Shown in pieces: positions 9,053 through 18,247 of a stretch of 64,000 nt of DNA. Each line of letters begins with the position of its first letter. Positions within the stretch are counted from its first letter, which is position 1. The notes beneath the pieces were generated by a model. The model was not told the DNA's origin. It made no database searches and saw only the letters and a program-made list of their open reading frames with translations. Position numbers and translations under genes: made by a program. Source of the stretch: Candidatus Kapaibacterium sp. (GTDB lineage Bacteria > Bacteroidota > Ignavibacteria > Kapaibacteriales > UBA2268); contig OY762428.1 of the NCBI GenBank assembly GCA_963665665.1, forward strand, positions 5,056,001-5,120,000. The letters are read 5' to 3'.

Positions 9053-11731
9053 TTAGCGGATTACAACGATTTTCTGCACTTCTGTACGCCCCCCGAATTC
9101 AAGGCGCAAATAAAAAATTCCGGGATTAAGATTTTCCGTATCAATCCGGTATGTTTGGCTCCCTTTGGCCTGATTTCCGTTGAAAATATCCATTACTTTT
9201 TTTCCGGAAACATCAAAAAGGCTCAGTGAAATTGCTCCACTTTCATCTAAACTGATATTTACATTGCAAATATCACGGCAGGGATTTGGCGACGGCAACC
9301 CGAGGCTTTGGTTGAAATCCCTTGAAACCGGGTCAAGGCTTTTAATAATTTCACTTGCCATAGCCGGGCGTTTCCCGTATTCGCCGCCCATGAAATATTT
9401 CTGGAGCAGGTAAGCTGTTACCCAGTCATTTTGCTGCATGGTTTCGGGCCTGTAGCCGGGGTATGGTTCCTCCTGGTATGATTCGTCAGGAACCCATATA
9501 GTGTGTTCTGTATCCCCGTTATTAAGCAGGATTACATCTCCAATCACGCCGCTGAAGTGATTTGAATATGTCTCGCCGGTATTGTAGTCGTGGTAGCAGG
9601 TACGGGCAGCCCCACCGATGGCAGAAAAGTCCATACCGTCCTGCGAGAAACCGTCGAAGCCAAATCCTGAATTTTGAATGGGAAAATATATAAACTGCTC
9701 AATATTGTCAATGCCGATACCTATTCTGAGTTCATCAGTCTCAGGGCTGTATCCTACATGCAGCAGATATGTAAACGTAGATTCCAGTGGGGATAGATAT
9801 TCCAGCCAGGGGAAAGAACCCAACAGTTCCGGATCGCTTATTCCGAGGGCATAGAACTTGGACTGATACCTGTTCCAGAACCCAAAGCATAGCTGGTTGT
9901 TATAATAATACAGGTTCATACCGCTCATAGGGCCGCCAATTTCGAACAGTGTCTGCCTGCCGTCCGAGTAATATGGAATATCTCCTTCAAGCGGGGTCTG
10001 TGGTTTAAAAACAATAAAGAAGTCCTTTGCTGCCGGATCCGGCATCCAGAGATTATCCATACCCGTTGTTACTTCATGGCTATAATGGCTTATCATAATA
10101 TCAGACTGTCCGTAACTGCCATGCCCGATATCTCCATCGAAGTGCACACCCGGCAGATCGGGAGACGGGAAATTAACAAATATTCCAGGTTCAGCTGAAC
10201 TTTCAACATATCTTGGCCTGCGTGCCTCTAAATCCATGTAGGCTTCCTCGTGTACCCATTTTGGCGAACAGTCGTCCCAGTAGCGTATATGGTCGCCATC
10301 TTCGTGATGAGTGAGAGATTGGGGATTGAACCACAGGGCAATATCCGGGGCGGGTGCGTCAGGCATTATCTGTATTTCCGTTTCCCCGAGTTTTTCGCCG
10401 GGAATAAATCCCACAGGATTCCCGGGGTCTTCAACAGCTTCGAATATTTCGAAAATAATGGTATTATTGAGGCCAAGTATTGGTATTTCGGGATTTGTAT
10501 TGAATTCGAACTCGAGTATTGTCCATTCCGAGCCAAGATCGGGAGGATCAATGGGAGCTTCCGGAACCCAGTGTGAACCGGGGCCAAGATCAATTTTTGT
10601 AAATACGTCAAAGAATGAGTCAACCCACCAGTCGGACGACGTTTTCTTTAGTTTGGGTTTCACAAGTATTTTCTTCGCAACGCTTGAACGATTTCTCAGG
10701 AAAACCTGTGCTTTTGTTAGAATACCGGCTTTAATCCTTATATCCCTGCCGGATTTAACTTCAATACCGGGGCCGGGGCCTCCGGGAGCGCCGGGCCAGG
10801 GGGGAGGCATGAAATGAATCCACCAGTTCGGTGCAATGAATACTATAGTGTCCTTGGGAGGATCGATAATTACAGTACGTGTTTCAAGTGAATCAAGTAT
10901 TGGCGGCATTGGCGGTGTTCCTATTGGGCCGGAAACATCATCCGGATTGTTCGGATCAGCAGAACCGCGGTAGAATACCCATTCATATACTTCATTATCA
11001 ATAGCGTCCTCTCCGTAAATACTGAAGCTGTTATTAAATCCGTAGGCCCCGAAAGCCCCATAAAATGCCGACCAGTTCCATCCCGGATCGCCGGGTTCTG
11101 CCATACCGGGGAACCAGTGTACATCTGTTGAAGGATCATCGTTGTAGCGGACAATGAAGCCAACATCGGTAATTAAATTGTTATTTGAATGGTCTCCATC
11201 CTCAGGGATTAGATGGCTGAACTGCAGGCCGTCAGAGAAATTTATCCATCCGCTATCATCGGTTTTGTCGTCATTGCCGAGTATCCAGCATTTAACTTTA
11301 ACACCTGCTATGTATGTTTCAGCCACGTTCCAGTCGTTATTTTCCTGTTGCCTGAAAGCCAGCAGCGGATCATTTGACTGCCCTTCAATATCATGAGCAA
11401 TAAAAAAAGCAGTTCCGGGATAGAACGTTATACTACTTGAAGAACTCGTGGCAGTCCAGCCGTTCCTGTGCTCATACCAGAAGAATCCTGCATTGCAGTA
11501 TTGGTGCATCGGGTCGGCGAACCAATCGGGATATTTGCTTGCATAGTACCATTCTTCAGGGAATGATAATGATACCTGCCCGTCAACCTGCGGGTGTATT
11601 GGGCTAACTCCGTCGAACATTGTGTAGGGCGTGATGTTGGTACTGTTTCCCCGCATTGGTTCCAGGGAGTATGCCCTGAAACTGATGCACAGGAACAGTA
11701 ACATAAGGAATGTTGTAATAGATTTCTTCAT
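9053..11731 (-). CDS. T9SS cargo protein with Pro-rich linker, LamG/ConA-like domain and T9SS CTD
   Basis: Signal peptide; shares GGAARTCYHDYNTGETYS domain with 4780..8787; CTD SPNPC...LFDVSGKKV...GIFYLRL...QKIVVIR. Confidence 0.72.
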   Translation of the reverse strand: MKKSITTFLMLLFLCISFRAYSLEPMRGNSTNITPYTMFDGVSPIHPQVDGQVSLSFPEEWYYASKYPDWFADPMHQYCNAGFFWYEHRNGWTATSSSSSITFYPGTAFFIAHDIEGQSNDPLLAFRQQENNDWNVAETYIAGVKVKCWILGNDDKTDDSGWINFSDGLQFSHLIPEDGDHSNNNLITDVGFIVRYNDDPSTDVHWFPGMAEPGDPGWNWSAFYGAFGAYGFNNSFSIYGEDAIDNEVYEWVFYRGSADPNNPDDVSGPIGTPPMPPILDSLETRTVIIDPPKDTIVFIAPNWWIHFMPPPWPGAPGGPGPGIEVKSGRDIRIKAGILTKAQVFLRNRSSVAKKILVKPKLKKTSSDWWVDSFFDVFTKIDLGPGSHWVPEAPIDPPDLGSEWTILEFEFNTNPEIPILGLNNTIIFEIFEAVEDPGNPVGFIPGEKLGETEIQIMPDAPAPDIALWFNPQSLTHHEDGDHIRYWDDCSPKWVHEEAYMDLEARRPRYVESSAEPGIFVNFPSPDLPGVHFDGDIGHGSYGQSDIMISHYSHEVTTGMDNLWMPDPAAKDFFIVFKPQTPLEGDIPYYSDGRQTLFEIGGPMSGMNLYYYNNQLCFGFWNRYQSKFYALGISDPELLGSFPWLEYLSPLESTFTYLLHVGYSPETDELRIGIGIDNIEQFIYFPIQNSGFGFDGFSQDGMDFSAIGGAARTCYHDYNTGETYSNHFSGVIGDVILLNNGDTEHTIWVPDESYQEEPYPGYRPETMQQNDWVTAYLLQKYFMGGEYGKRPAMASEIIKSLDPVSRDFNQSLGLPSPNPCRDICNVNISLDESGAISLSLFDVSGKKVMDIFNGNQAKGSQTYRIDTENLNPGIFYLRLEFGGRTEVQKIVVIR

Positions 11732-11869
11732 GATATCTCCTTGTATATAAATGTTGAAATTAGTTTCAAATTCAGTGTACAGATAGCATTCATGCGGATA
11801 TATAAGAAATAATCAATATCGTTTCTTTATGCTATCCGTCTTAATTTCAACTTATTACAAAGAGTTGTA

Positions 11870-11943
11870 AAAGTAAATACCATGAACATGGTATTTTATA
11901 TAAATACCGTGAAATACGTATTTTCATCCGTATTTATACGTAG
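11870..11943. promoter_or_regulatory. Conserved operator copy B
   Basis: AAAGTAAATACC...TACGTATTTT-CATCCGT...TACGTAG, colinear with copy A and upstream of the paralogous T9SS gene. Confidence 0.6.
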
Positions 11944-11961
11944 AAGGTGTGAAAATAATAA

Positions 11962-11989
11962 ATGCCCGATGCGCTTTTGCACCGGGCAT
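11962..11989 (-). terminator. Rho-independent terminator of 12019..13815
   Basis: ATGCCCG...CGGGCAT stem followed by a T-rich tract on the minus strand. Confidence 0.6.
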
Positions 11990-12018
11990 ATTATACTGGA
12001 ATTATAATGTTAAGGAAA

Positions 12019-13815
12019 TTAACGCCTGACTATAAAACCGGTAGAGAATTGGCTTTTTCTGTTTGTTACTATTAATATATAAGCTCCATTTGGAAGGCTC
12101 TGCAGGTCAATTTTTTCTGAATTTTTATCGCGGAAAACAATTGTTGAATTCATATCAATAATTTTAATTTCATATTCTGAAAATTCAGGAACCGATATGT
12201 TCAGATAATCGCTTGCCGGATTGGGATATATTTCAATATTTCCGTCTGTCAGGTCATCAGTAACAGAAAGATATCCAAGAACGCGTATGGATATAAAACC
12301 CTGAGCCGGCTGGTATCCATCCTGCTCAAATTGAATTTTGATATAATAATTGCCTTTCTCTAAACTGTCGGGAATAATAACAGTGTAATGAATTTTGCCG
12401 CTGCCGTCTGTTGTCATACTACTGTCAATATTGCTTATCGGATCATTCAGAATAAGATCAGTATTTGGTATCGGATTTTGATTCTCGTCAAGAAGAGTTA
12501 TTTCAAATTCCCGGCTCTGTTCCCAATACATATCCTGTAATTCTTCGGGAGAGACATGGAAGTAAGTTTCGATAATATGATTTACGTTGATTACTTTTTC
12601 AACATTCATTCCTTTTGCATATCCGTCTTTTTCAGTTTCAATGCTAATTGTATAATTACCGTTGGATATATCATCAGGGACTGTAATATTGATTATTGCT
12701 TCACCGTTTTCATCTGTTGTATAAGTATCGCTTGAAGAATCCATAGAATTTGAAATCTTTACTTCTACACCCGGAATAACATTGCCGGTTTCGTCACTAA
12801 CTGTTACGGTGAATGATACAGGTTCGCCAATATCAGCACTTGTCGTATCTTCAGGCGAAATGTGATTAATCAGAACAGACTGATCCACAGGATACATGGA
12901 ATGATACAATCCCATGTTGGTAGCAAGATAAAGCCTTTTATTGTCGTCAGCGGCCATATCAAGGATCGTAATTGGTTCGGGCATATTAGCGTTTAATTTT
13001 GTCCAGTTAATTCCATTATCAGAGGAACGGTAAATTCCTCCGTTTGCTGTTCCTGCAAAAATATAATCGCCACATGCAAAAAGGCTTCTGATACTTTTAA
13101 TTTCGAGCCCCTTGTTCGATTTTTTCCAACTGTTGCCATCGTCGTCAGTGTAATAGATACCATCGCTGACGGCGGCCACAATTCTGCCGTCGGCTGCTTC
13201 AACGAAGTCATAAGTAGTTACATTATAGAAGAAACCGCTTTCAGTCCAGCTTTCACCGTTATCAGATGAATAAAAAGTACCATTATGATGAGTACCTGCG
13301 TATAGATCGCCGGATTTTGTACAATATACGGCGTGGACATCGTTATCTTTAACTCCTATCCTTTTCCATTCTTCATTTGATTTATCATATTTATAAACAC
13401 CACCGTAAAACCACATTCCTGCAATCAGATTTCCATTTTTATCAGATGAAAGACATAATGCATTATTATTATCAAGTGAGTTGTTGTATTCATTCCAGTT
13501 TAGCCCATTGTCTCCGGAAAAATAAATTCCTCCGCCGTTAGTGGCTGTATATATATTGCTTCCTTCAACATGAAAATCCCTGATAAGTTTATTAGCAGGT
13601 GCCTGATCAGGGTAGGCCCAATTCTTAAGATCAGTTGAAAACAGAATGCCCTTTCCCTCGATACCAGTCAGGATAGTAGATGAATTAATTACTTCAACAG
13701 CTTGAACAACACCTGTTTCGGGAAGATCAATTTTTTCCCAATATGCATTTAAAGAGTAATTTAGAGAAAAGATAATCAGAAATGATAAGCCGATTAGAAT
13801 TTTGAAGTTAACCAC
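12019..13815 (-). CDS. T9SS cargo protein: BNR/beta-propeller, Ig-like (Big_1-like) domains and CTD
   Basis: SxDxGxxW Asp-box repeats, TTDENG/TTDGSG Ig motifs, CTD IYPNPASD...LPNGAYIL. Confidence 0.8.
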   Translation of the reverse strand: MVNFKILIGLSFLIIFSLNYSLNAYWEKIDLPETGVVQAVEVINSSTILTGIEGKGILFSTDLKNWAYPDQAPANKLIRDFHVEGSNIYTATNGGGIYFSGDNGLNWNEYNNSLDNNNALCLSSDKNGNLIAGMWFYGGVYKYDKSNEEWKRIGVKDNDVHAVYCTKSGDLYAGTHHNGTFYSSDNGESWTESGFFYNVTTYDFVEAADGRIVAAVSDGIYYTDDDGNSWKKSNKGLEIKSIRSLFACGDYIFAGTANGGIYRSSDNGINWTKLNANMPEPITILDMAADDNKRLYLATNMGLYHSMYPVDQSVLINHISPEDTTSADIGEPVSFTVTVSDETGNVIPGVEVKISNSMDSSSDTYTTDENGEAIINITVPDDISNGNYTISIETEKDGYAKGMNVEKVINVNHIIETYFHVSPEELQDMYWEQSREFEITLLDENQNPIPNTDLILNDPISNIDSSMTTDGSGKIHYTVIIPDSLEKGNYYIKIQFEQDGYQPAQGFISIRVLGYLSVTDDLTDGNIEIYPNPASDYLNISVPEFSEYEIKIIDMNSTIVFRDKNSEKIDLQSLPNGAYILIVTNRKSQFSTGFIVRR

Positions 13816-14036
13816 TGTATTACCTCGTGTAAAAATTAGTAAAACCCGAAATTAAGGAGAATGCCGATTTCTCCGGAAAACACGAGAAAATAAACTCCGA
13901 AAATATTATTCGCAGGCAATGACCATTTTTAATTTAATGGAAAATGAATGAATCAACAAATTAATTTTTTTTAAGGATAATCAGATTACAAATAGTAGTA
14001 TAAATTTTGTATTAATATTGATAAACAAAATGTTTG

Positions 14037-14044
14037 TATATTTG
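14037..14044 (+). promoter_or_regulatory. Bacteroidota-type -7 promoter element
   Basis: TATATTTG (TAnnTTTG) about 35 nt upstream of the tilS start. Confidence 0.45.
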
Positions 14045-14078
14045 TAACTTGATTTTATAGTAATTTAAAAGATTATTT

Positions 14079-17000
14079 ATGGCTAAAAGAGTTAAAAAAG
14101 CAAACGATACTGAAAATCGTGATACAAAGATTACCCCTGATTCAGAAAAAAATGAAGTTGATAATAAGTCAGAATCTAAAGTGAAAAGAAAACCCGGCAG
14201 GCCGAAGAAATCAACTGCTAAGAAAACAACGGAAAAACCGGCAGAAGTAAAATCGGAAGTAAAAGAGACAGCAACTCCAACGAAAGAAGTTGAAGCAAAA
14301 GTTGTGAAACCGTCTGCTGATACTAAGTCCGAACAGCCAAAGCCAGCACGCAAGCGTCCGGGAAGGCCGAAGAAAGCAACTGCTAAGAAAACAACGGCAA
14401 AACCGGCAGAAGTAAAATCGGAAGTAAAAGAGACAGCAACTCCAACGAAAGAAGTTGAAGCAAAAGCTGTGAAACCGTCTGCTGATACTAAGTCCGAACA
14501 GCCAAAGCCAACACGTAAACGTCCGGGCAGGACGAGAAAATCAACTGCAAAGAAAACAACGGGAAAACCGGCAGAAGTAAAATCGGAAGTAAAAGAGACA
14601 ACAACTCCTGCAAAAGAAGTTGAAGCAAAAGCTGTTGCTAATGCTAAACCTGATACCGCTAAAACGTCAGAAGAAATAAAAACCGTGAAGCCAAAGCCAG
14701 CACGTAAACGTCCGGGCAGGCCGAAGAAAGCTACTGCAAAGAAAACAACGGAAAAACCGGCAGAAGTAAAATCGGTAGCAAAAGAGACAACAACTCCCGC
14801 ACAAGAAGTTGAAGCAAAAGCTGTGAAACCGTCTGCTGATACTAAGTCCGAACAGCCAAAGCCAGCACGCAAGCGTCCGGGAAGGCCGAAGAAAGCAACT
14901 GCAAAGAAAACAACGGCAAAACCGGCAGAAGTAAAATCGGAAGTAAAAGAGACAACAACTCCAACGAAAGAAGTTGAAGCAAAAGCTGTGAAACCGTCTG
15001 CTGATACTAAGTCCGAACAGCCAAAGCCAGCACGCAAGCGTCCGGGCAGTCCGAGAAAGACAGTGGCAAAGAAAACAACGGCAAAGAAAACAACGGCAAA
15101 GAAAACAACGGCAAAGAAAACAACGGCAAAGAAAACAACGGCAAAACCGGCAGAAGTAAAATCGGAAGTAAAAGAGACAACAACTCCAACGAAAGAAGTT
15201 GAAGCAAAAGCTGTGAAACCGTCTGCTGATACTAAGTCCGAACAGCCAAAGCCAACACGTAAACGTCCGGGCAGGACGAGAAAATCAACTGCAAAGAAAA
15301 CAACGGGAAAACCGGCAGAAGTAAAATCGGAAGTAAAAGAGACAACAACTCCTGCACAAGAAGTTGAAGCAAAAGCTGTTGCTAATGCTAAACCTGATAC
15401 CGCTAAAACGTCAGAAGAAATAAAAACCGTGAAGCCAAAGCCAGCACGCAAGCGTCCGGGAAGGCCGAAAAGGTCAGCTGACAGGCAGCCAATATCAAAT
15501 GATAATGAATCGAAGGAAACAGTAACAGGCCTTAAAACAACTGATACTCAATCCGTTAAGACGGAGACAAAACCTGGTCAGCAGAAAACAACCCGTAAAC
15601 GTCCGGGAAGGTCGAAAAAAACTACTTCAATGAATACGGCGACAAAACCCGACGGGAAAAAAGAAACCACTAAAACTGAAATACCGGATGCTAAACCGGA
15701 AGAACAAAAAAAACAACAGCATAAACGGCACGGTGGTGGCGGACAAAGAAGATCGGCAAAGAAACCAGAAGAACAGCAAAGGGCAAATAGAAGAAATATT
15801 ACTCAGGCAATTGAAAAAGCCAAAATTGAAGATAATGATAATAATTCTCAGGTTGCTGACTCTCCGGTTAGTAAATCAAATGATAAAAAAGGGCCGGGAA
15901 GAATTGCACCGCAAAAAAATAAGAATGCACATCCCCAAAAGGATAGTAAAAGCCCAAACCAGCAACAGAAGCAAAGAAGACAGCCCGATAATCAACAATT
16001 AAGGCAAAATAAAGGACATCAGGACAAGAAAATTTCCGGGAAATACCAACAGAAATCGAAATTTCAGCAAGAAAAGCCAAACCTGGCAATGATTCAGGAG
16101 AGAAAGGAAAAAGAAAAAACACACTACCAGGAATTACTGAAGAAATTAGGATTGATTGAAAAAGATAATATCCTGATGGATAAAATTCCCAAGAAGAGTA
16201 TATTTTCGAGAAGAAGGTCCGCTCCGGTGAAAAAGGATTCAATTCTTACTAAAGAGCAAAGATCTGACCTGTTCCTTAGAATGTTTCATTCCGAAGTTGA
16301 AAAATATCTGAAGAACAAATTGTTTGTTGAACCCGGTTCCGAGATAGTCGTTGCAGTAAGCGGCGGAGTCGATTCCGTTGTTTTACTGGATACTCTTGTT
16401 GTTTTGGCAGAGAAGAATTATTACCGGCTTATTGTAGCTCATTATAATCATAATTTACGTGCTGAGGAATCCGATAAGGATGAGGAATTTGTTAAAGCCC
16501 TTGCAAAATCCTATGGGCTGACATTCCATTGTTCCCAGGGCAGGGTTAAGCAATATGCCGAGAAAAAATCTTTAAGTATTGAAGAATCCGCAAGAATATT
16601 GCGATATATGTTCCTTGAAAGGGTTGCCAGAAATGTACGTTCTACTCTCGTTGCTACTGCTCACAGCAAAGATGATTCAGCTGAAACATTTCTTATAAAT
16701 CTCCTGAGGGGTTCCGGACTGACCGGCCTGAGTGGTATTCCTTCGCAAAGAGCTCTCGGAAAAAATGTTACTCTTGTCAGGCCATTGCTGGCTATGAGTA
16801 AATCCCAGTTTAAGAAATATGCAGAAAAACGAAATCTTCAGTGGCGTGAAGATGAATCCAACGAATTTACCAATTATACCAGAAACAAAGTTCGCTTGGA
16901 CCTGATTCCTGAATTAGTCAACGAGTACAACCCAAAAATAATGGACGTGCTTAATAGAACTGCAAAACTGATCAATGGTGCAGATGAATTTATATCCGAG

Positions 17001-17666
17001 TATATCAGGAATATTCTTGACGATGTGATTGGTGAGAAAAATTCCGATCGCTTCGCTATAAAAACATCCTTATTAAATACTTTTTCCAGGTTTATACAGG
17101 GCGAAATCATACAGGCCGCTATGTTTAAGCATTTCCAGCTTCAGTCACAATCTTTGAAAACTATCGACAGAATATTGGCTTTGTGCAACAAAGCTGTTGG
17201 AAGCATTTGTGAAATATCAAGGCAAATTATTGTTCTGCGCGACAGGGAAAACCTGATATTTGTAAGGAAACCTTCTGAAGAGAAAGTAAATCAGGAAATT
17301 AATAAAACAGGATTTTACAAAACTCCTGCCTACACGATAAAACTTGAAGAAGTAAGAGAAAAAGATGTTGATTTTACATTGGCTCCACAAGTTGAGTTCT
17401 TTGACTTCGACCTTATACCCCTGAAAATGACCCTGCGTTCCTGGCAGCCGGGAGATAAATTTCAGCCTCTCGGTATGAAGGGCGAAATGAAACTTAGTGA
17501 CTTTCTAACAAACTCGAAAGTTCCTTTGATCGACAAATCAGGAATTCTTGTCCTTACAACAGGAAAAAATGACATTGTCTGGGTTTGCGGAATGAGAATA
17601 AACGATAAGTTTAAAATTTCATCAACAACCAAGAAGTATCTGAAAGTAAGTTACAACGCTACATAA
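14079..17666 (+). CDS. tilS: tRNA(Ile)-lysidine synthetase with long basic, repetitive N-terminal extension
   Basis: C-terminal ~450 aa has the PP-loop VAVSGGVDS, HYNHNLR, TAHSKDDSAET, RPLL, WREDESN, RNKVR and the TilS-C motif LRSWQPGDKFQPLGMKG. Adjacent to hpt. Confidence 0.93.
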   Translation: MAKRVKKANDTENRDTKITPDSEKNEVDNKSESKVKRKPGRPKKSTAKKTTEKPAEVKSEVKETATPTKEVEAKVVKPSADTKSEQPKPARKRPGRPKKATAKKTTAKPAEVKSEVKETATPTKEVEAKAVKPSADTKSEQPKPTRKRPGRTRKSTAKKTTGKPAEVKSEVKETTTPAKEVEAKAVANAKPDTAKTSEEIKTVKPKPARKRPGRPKKATAKKTTEKPAEVKSVAKETTTPAQEVEAKAVKPSADTKSEQPKPARKRPGRPKKATAKKTTAKPAEVKSEVKETTTPTKEVEAKAVKPSADTKSEQPKPARKRPGSPRKTVAKKTTAKKTTAKKTTAKKTTAKKTTAKPAEVKSEVKETTTPTKEVEAKAVKPSADTKSEQPKPTRKRPGRTRKSTAKKTTGKPAEVKSEVKETTTPAQEVEAKAVANAKPDTAKTSEEIKTVKPKPARKRPGRPKRSADRQPISNDNESKETVTGLKTTDTQSVKTETKPGQQKTTRKRPGRSKKTTSMNTATKPDGKKETTKTEIPDAKPEEQKKQQHKRHGGGGQRRSAKKPEEQQRANRRNITQAIEKAKIEDNDNNSQVADSPVSKSNDKKGPGRIAPQKNKNAHPQKDSKSPNQQQKQRRQPDNQQLRQNKGHQDKKISGKYQQKSKFQQEKPNLAMIQERKEKEKTHYQELLKKLGLIEKDNILMDKIPKKSIFSRRRSAPVKKDSILTKEQRSDLFLRMFHSEVEKYLKNKLFVEPGSEIVVAVSGGVDSVVLLDTLVVLAEKNYYRLIVAHYNHNLRAEESDKDEEFVKALAKSYGLTFHCSQGRVKQYAEKKSLSIEESARILRYMFLERVARNVRSTLVATAHSKDDSAETFLINLLRGSGLTGLSGIPSQRALGKNVTLVRPLLAMSKSQFKKYAEKRNLQWREDESNEFTNYTRNKVRLDLIPELVNEYNPKIMDVLNRTAKLINGADEFISEYIRNILDDVIGEKNSDRFAIKTSLLNTFSRFIQGEIIQAAMFKHFQLQSQSLKTIDRILALCNKAVGSICEISRQIIVLRDRENLIFVRKPSEEKVNQEINKTGFYKTPAYTIKLEEVREKDVDFTLAPQVEFFDFDLIPLKMTLRSWQPGDKFQPLGMKGEMKLSDFLTNSKVPLIDKSGILVLTTGKNDIVWVCGMRINDKFKISSTTKKYLKVSYNAT
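14184..15473 (+). repeat. Coding tandem repeat, seven near-identical units of 165/189/225 bp (55/63/75 aa)
   Basis: Each unit begins RKRPGR-like and contains KPAEVKSEVKETxTPxxEVEAK. Near identity is visible at DNA level. Confidence 0.95.
15066..15140 (+). repeat. Perfect 15-bp tandem repeat x5 (AKKTT)
   Basis: GCAAAGAAAACAACG five times, nested in unit 6. Confidence 0.95.
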
Positions 17667-17704
17667 ATTATGTTTAATAATTTTGAAAATAACGATTTAT
17701 ATTT

Positions 17705-18247
17705 ATGAAAGCATTCAGGATCGGCGAATATAATTTCGGCCTTTACAAATCAGCAGAGGAGTTGCATGAAATTGTAAAAGGCCTTGCAAACCGGATAAAT
17801 AATGATTATGAAGGCAGAAAGCCGGTGTTCCTTATTGTGATGAAGGGGGCTTTTATTTTTGCCGCCGACCTGATAAGGCAAATAAACCTTAACTTGTCCG
17901 TTGAATTGATCAGGGCAAAGAGCTATGGCTCGTCCATGACAAGTTCCGGGAAGGTACAGCTTCAGCATTATGGAATTGATATCAAAGGCAGGGATGTTAT
18001 AATTGTTGAGGATATTGTAGATTCAGGCCTGACAATGGAATACCTGATGGCAAAAGTTCGGGATATGGGGGCTTCCAGCGTAGAAGCTGCTGCCCTGATT
18101 TCAAAAACCGAGATGAGGAAGACTAATGTAGATGTGAAATATACAGGAATGGATATTCCGCCTTTGTTCGTTATCGGTTACGGACTTGACTACGATGAGC
18201 AGGGGAGACATCTGCCCGACCTGTATATGCTTAATGAGGAGAAATAA
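17705..18247 (+). CDS. hpt: Hypoxanthine phosphoribosyltransferase
   Basis: MKGAFIFAADL, KSYG, PRPP motif IIVEDIVDSGLT, FVIGYGLDY. Confidence 0.95.
   Translation: MKAFRIGEYNFGLYKSAEELHEIVKGLANRINNDYEGRKPVFLIVMKGAFIFAADLIRQINLNLSVELIRAKSYGSSMTSSGKVQLQHYGIDIKGRDVIIVEDIVDSGLTMEYLMAKVRDMGASSVEAAALISKTEMRKTNVDVKYTGMDIPPLFVIGYGLDYDEQGRHLPDLYMLNEEK

Noticed and set aside
14012-15451. 479-aa hydrophobic antisense ORF
   Set aside because: It is the shadow of the K/A/T/P repeat on the plus strand; repeats lacking antisense stops keep it open.
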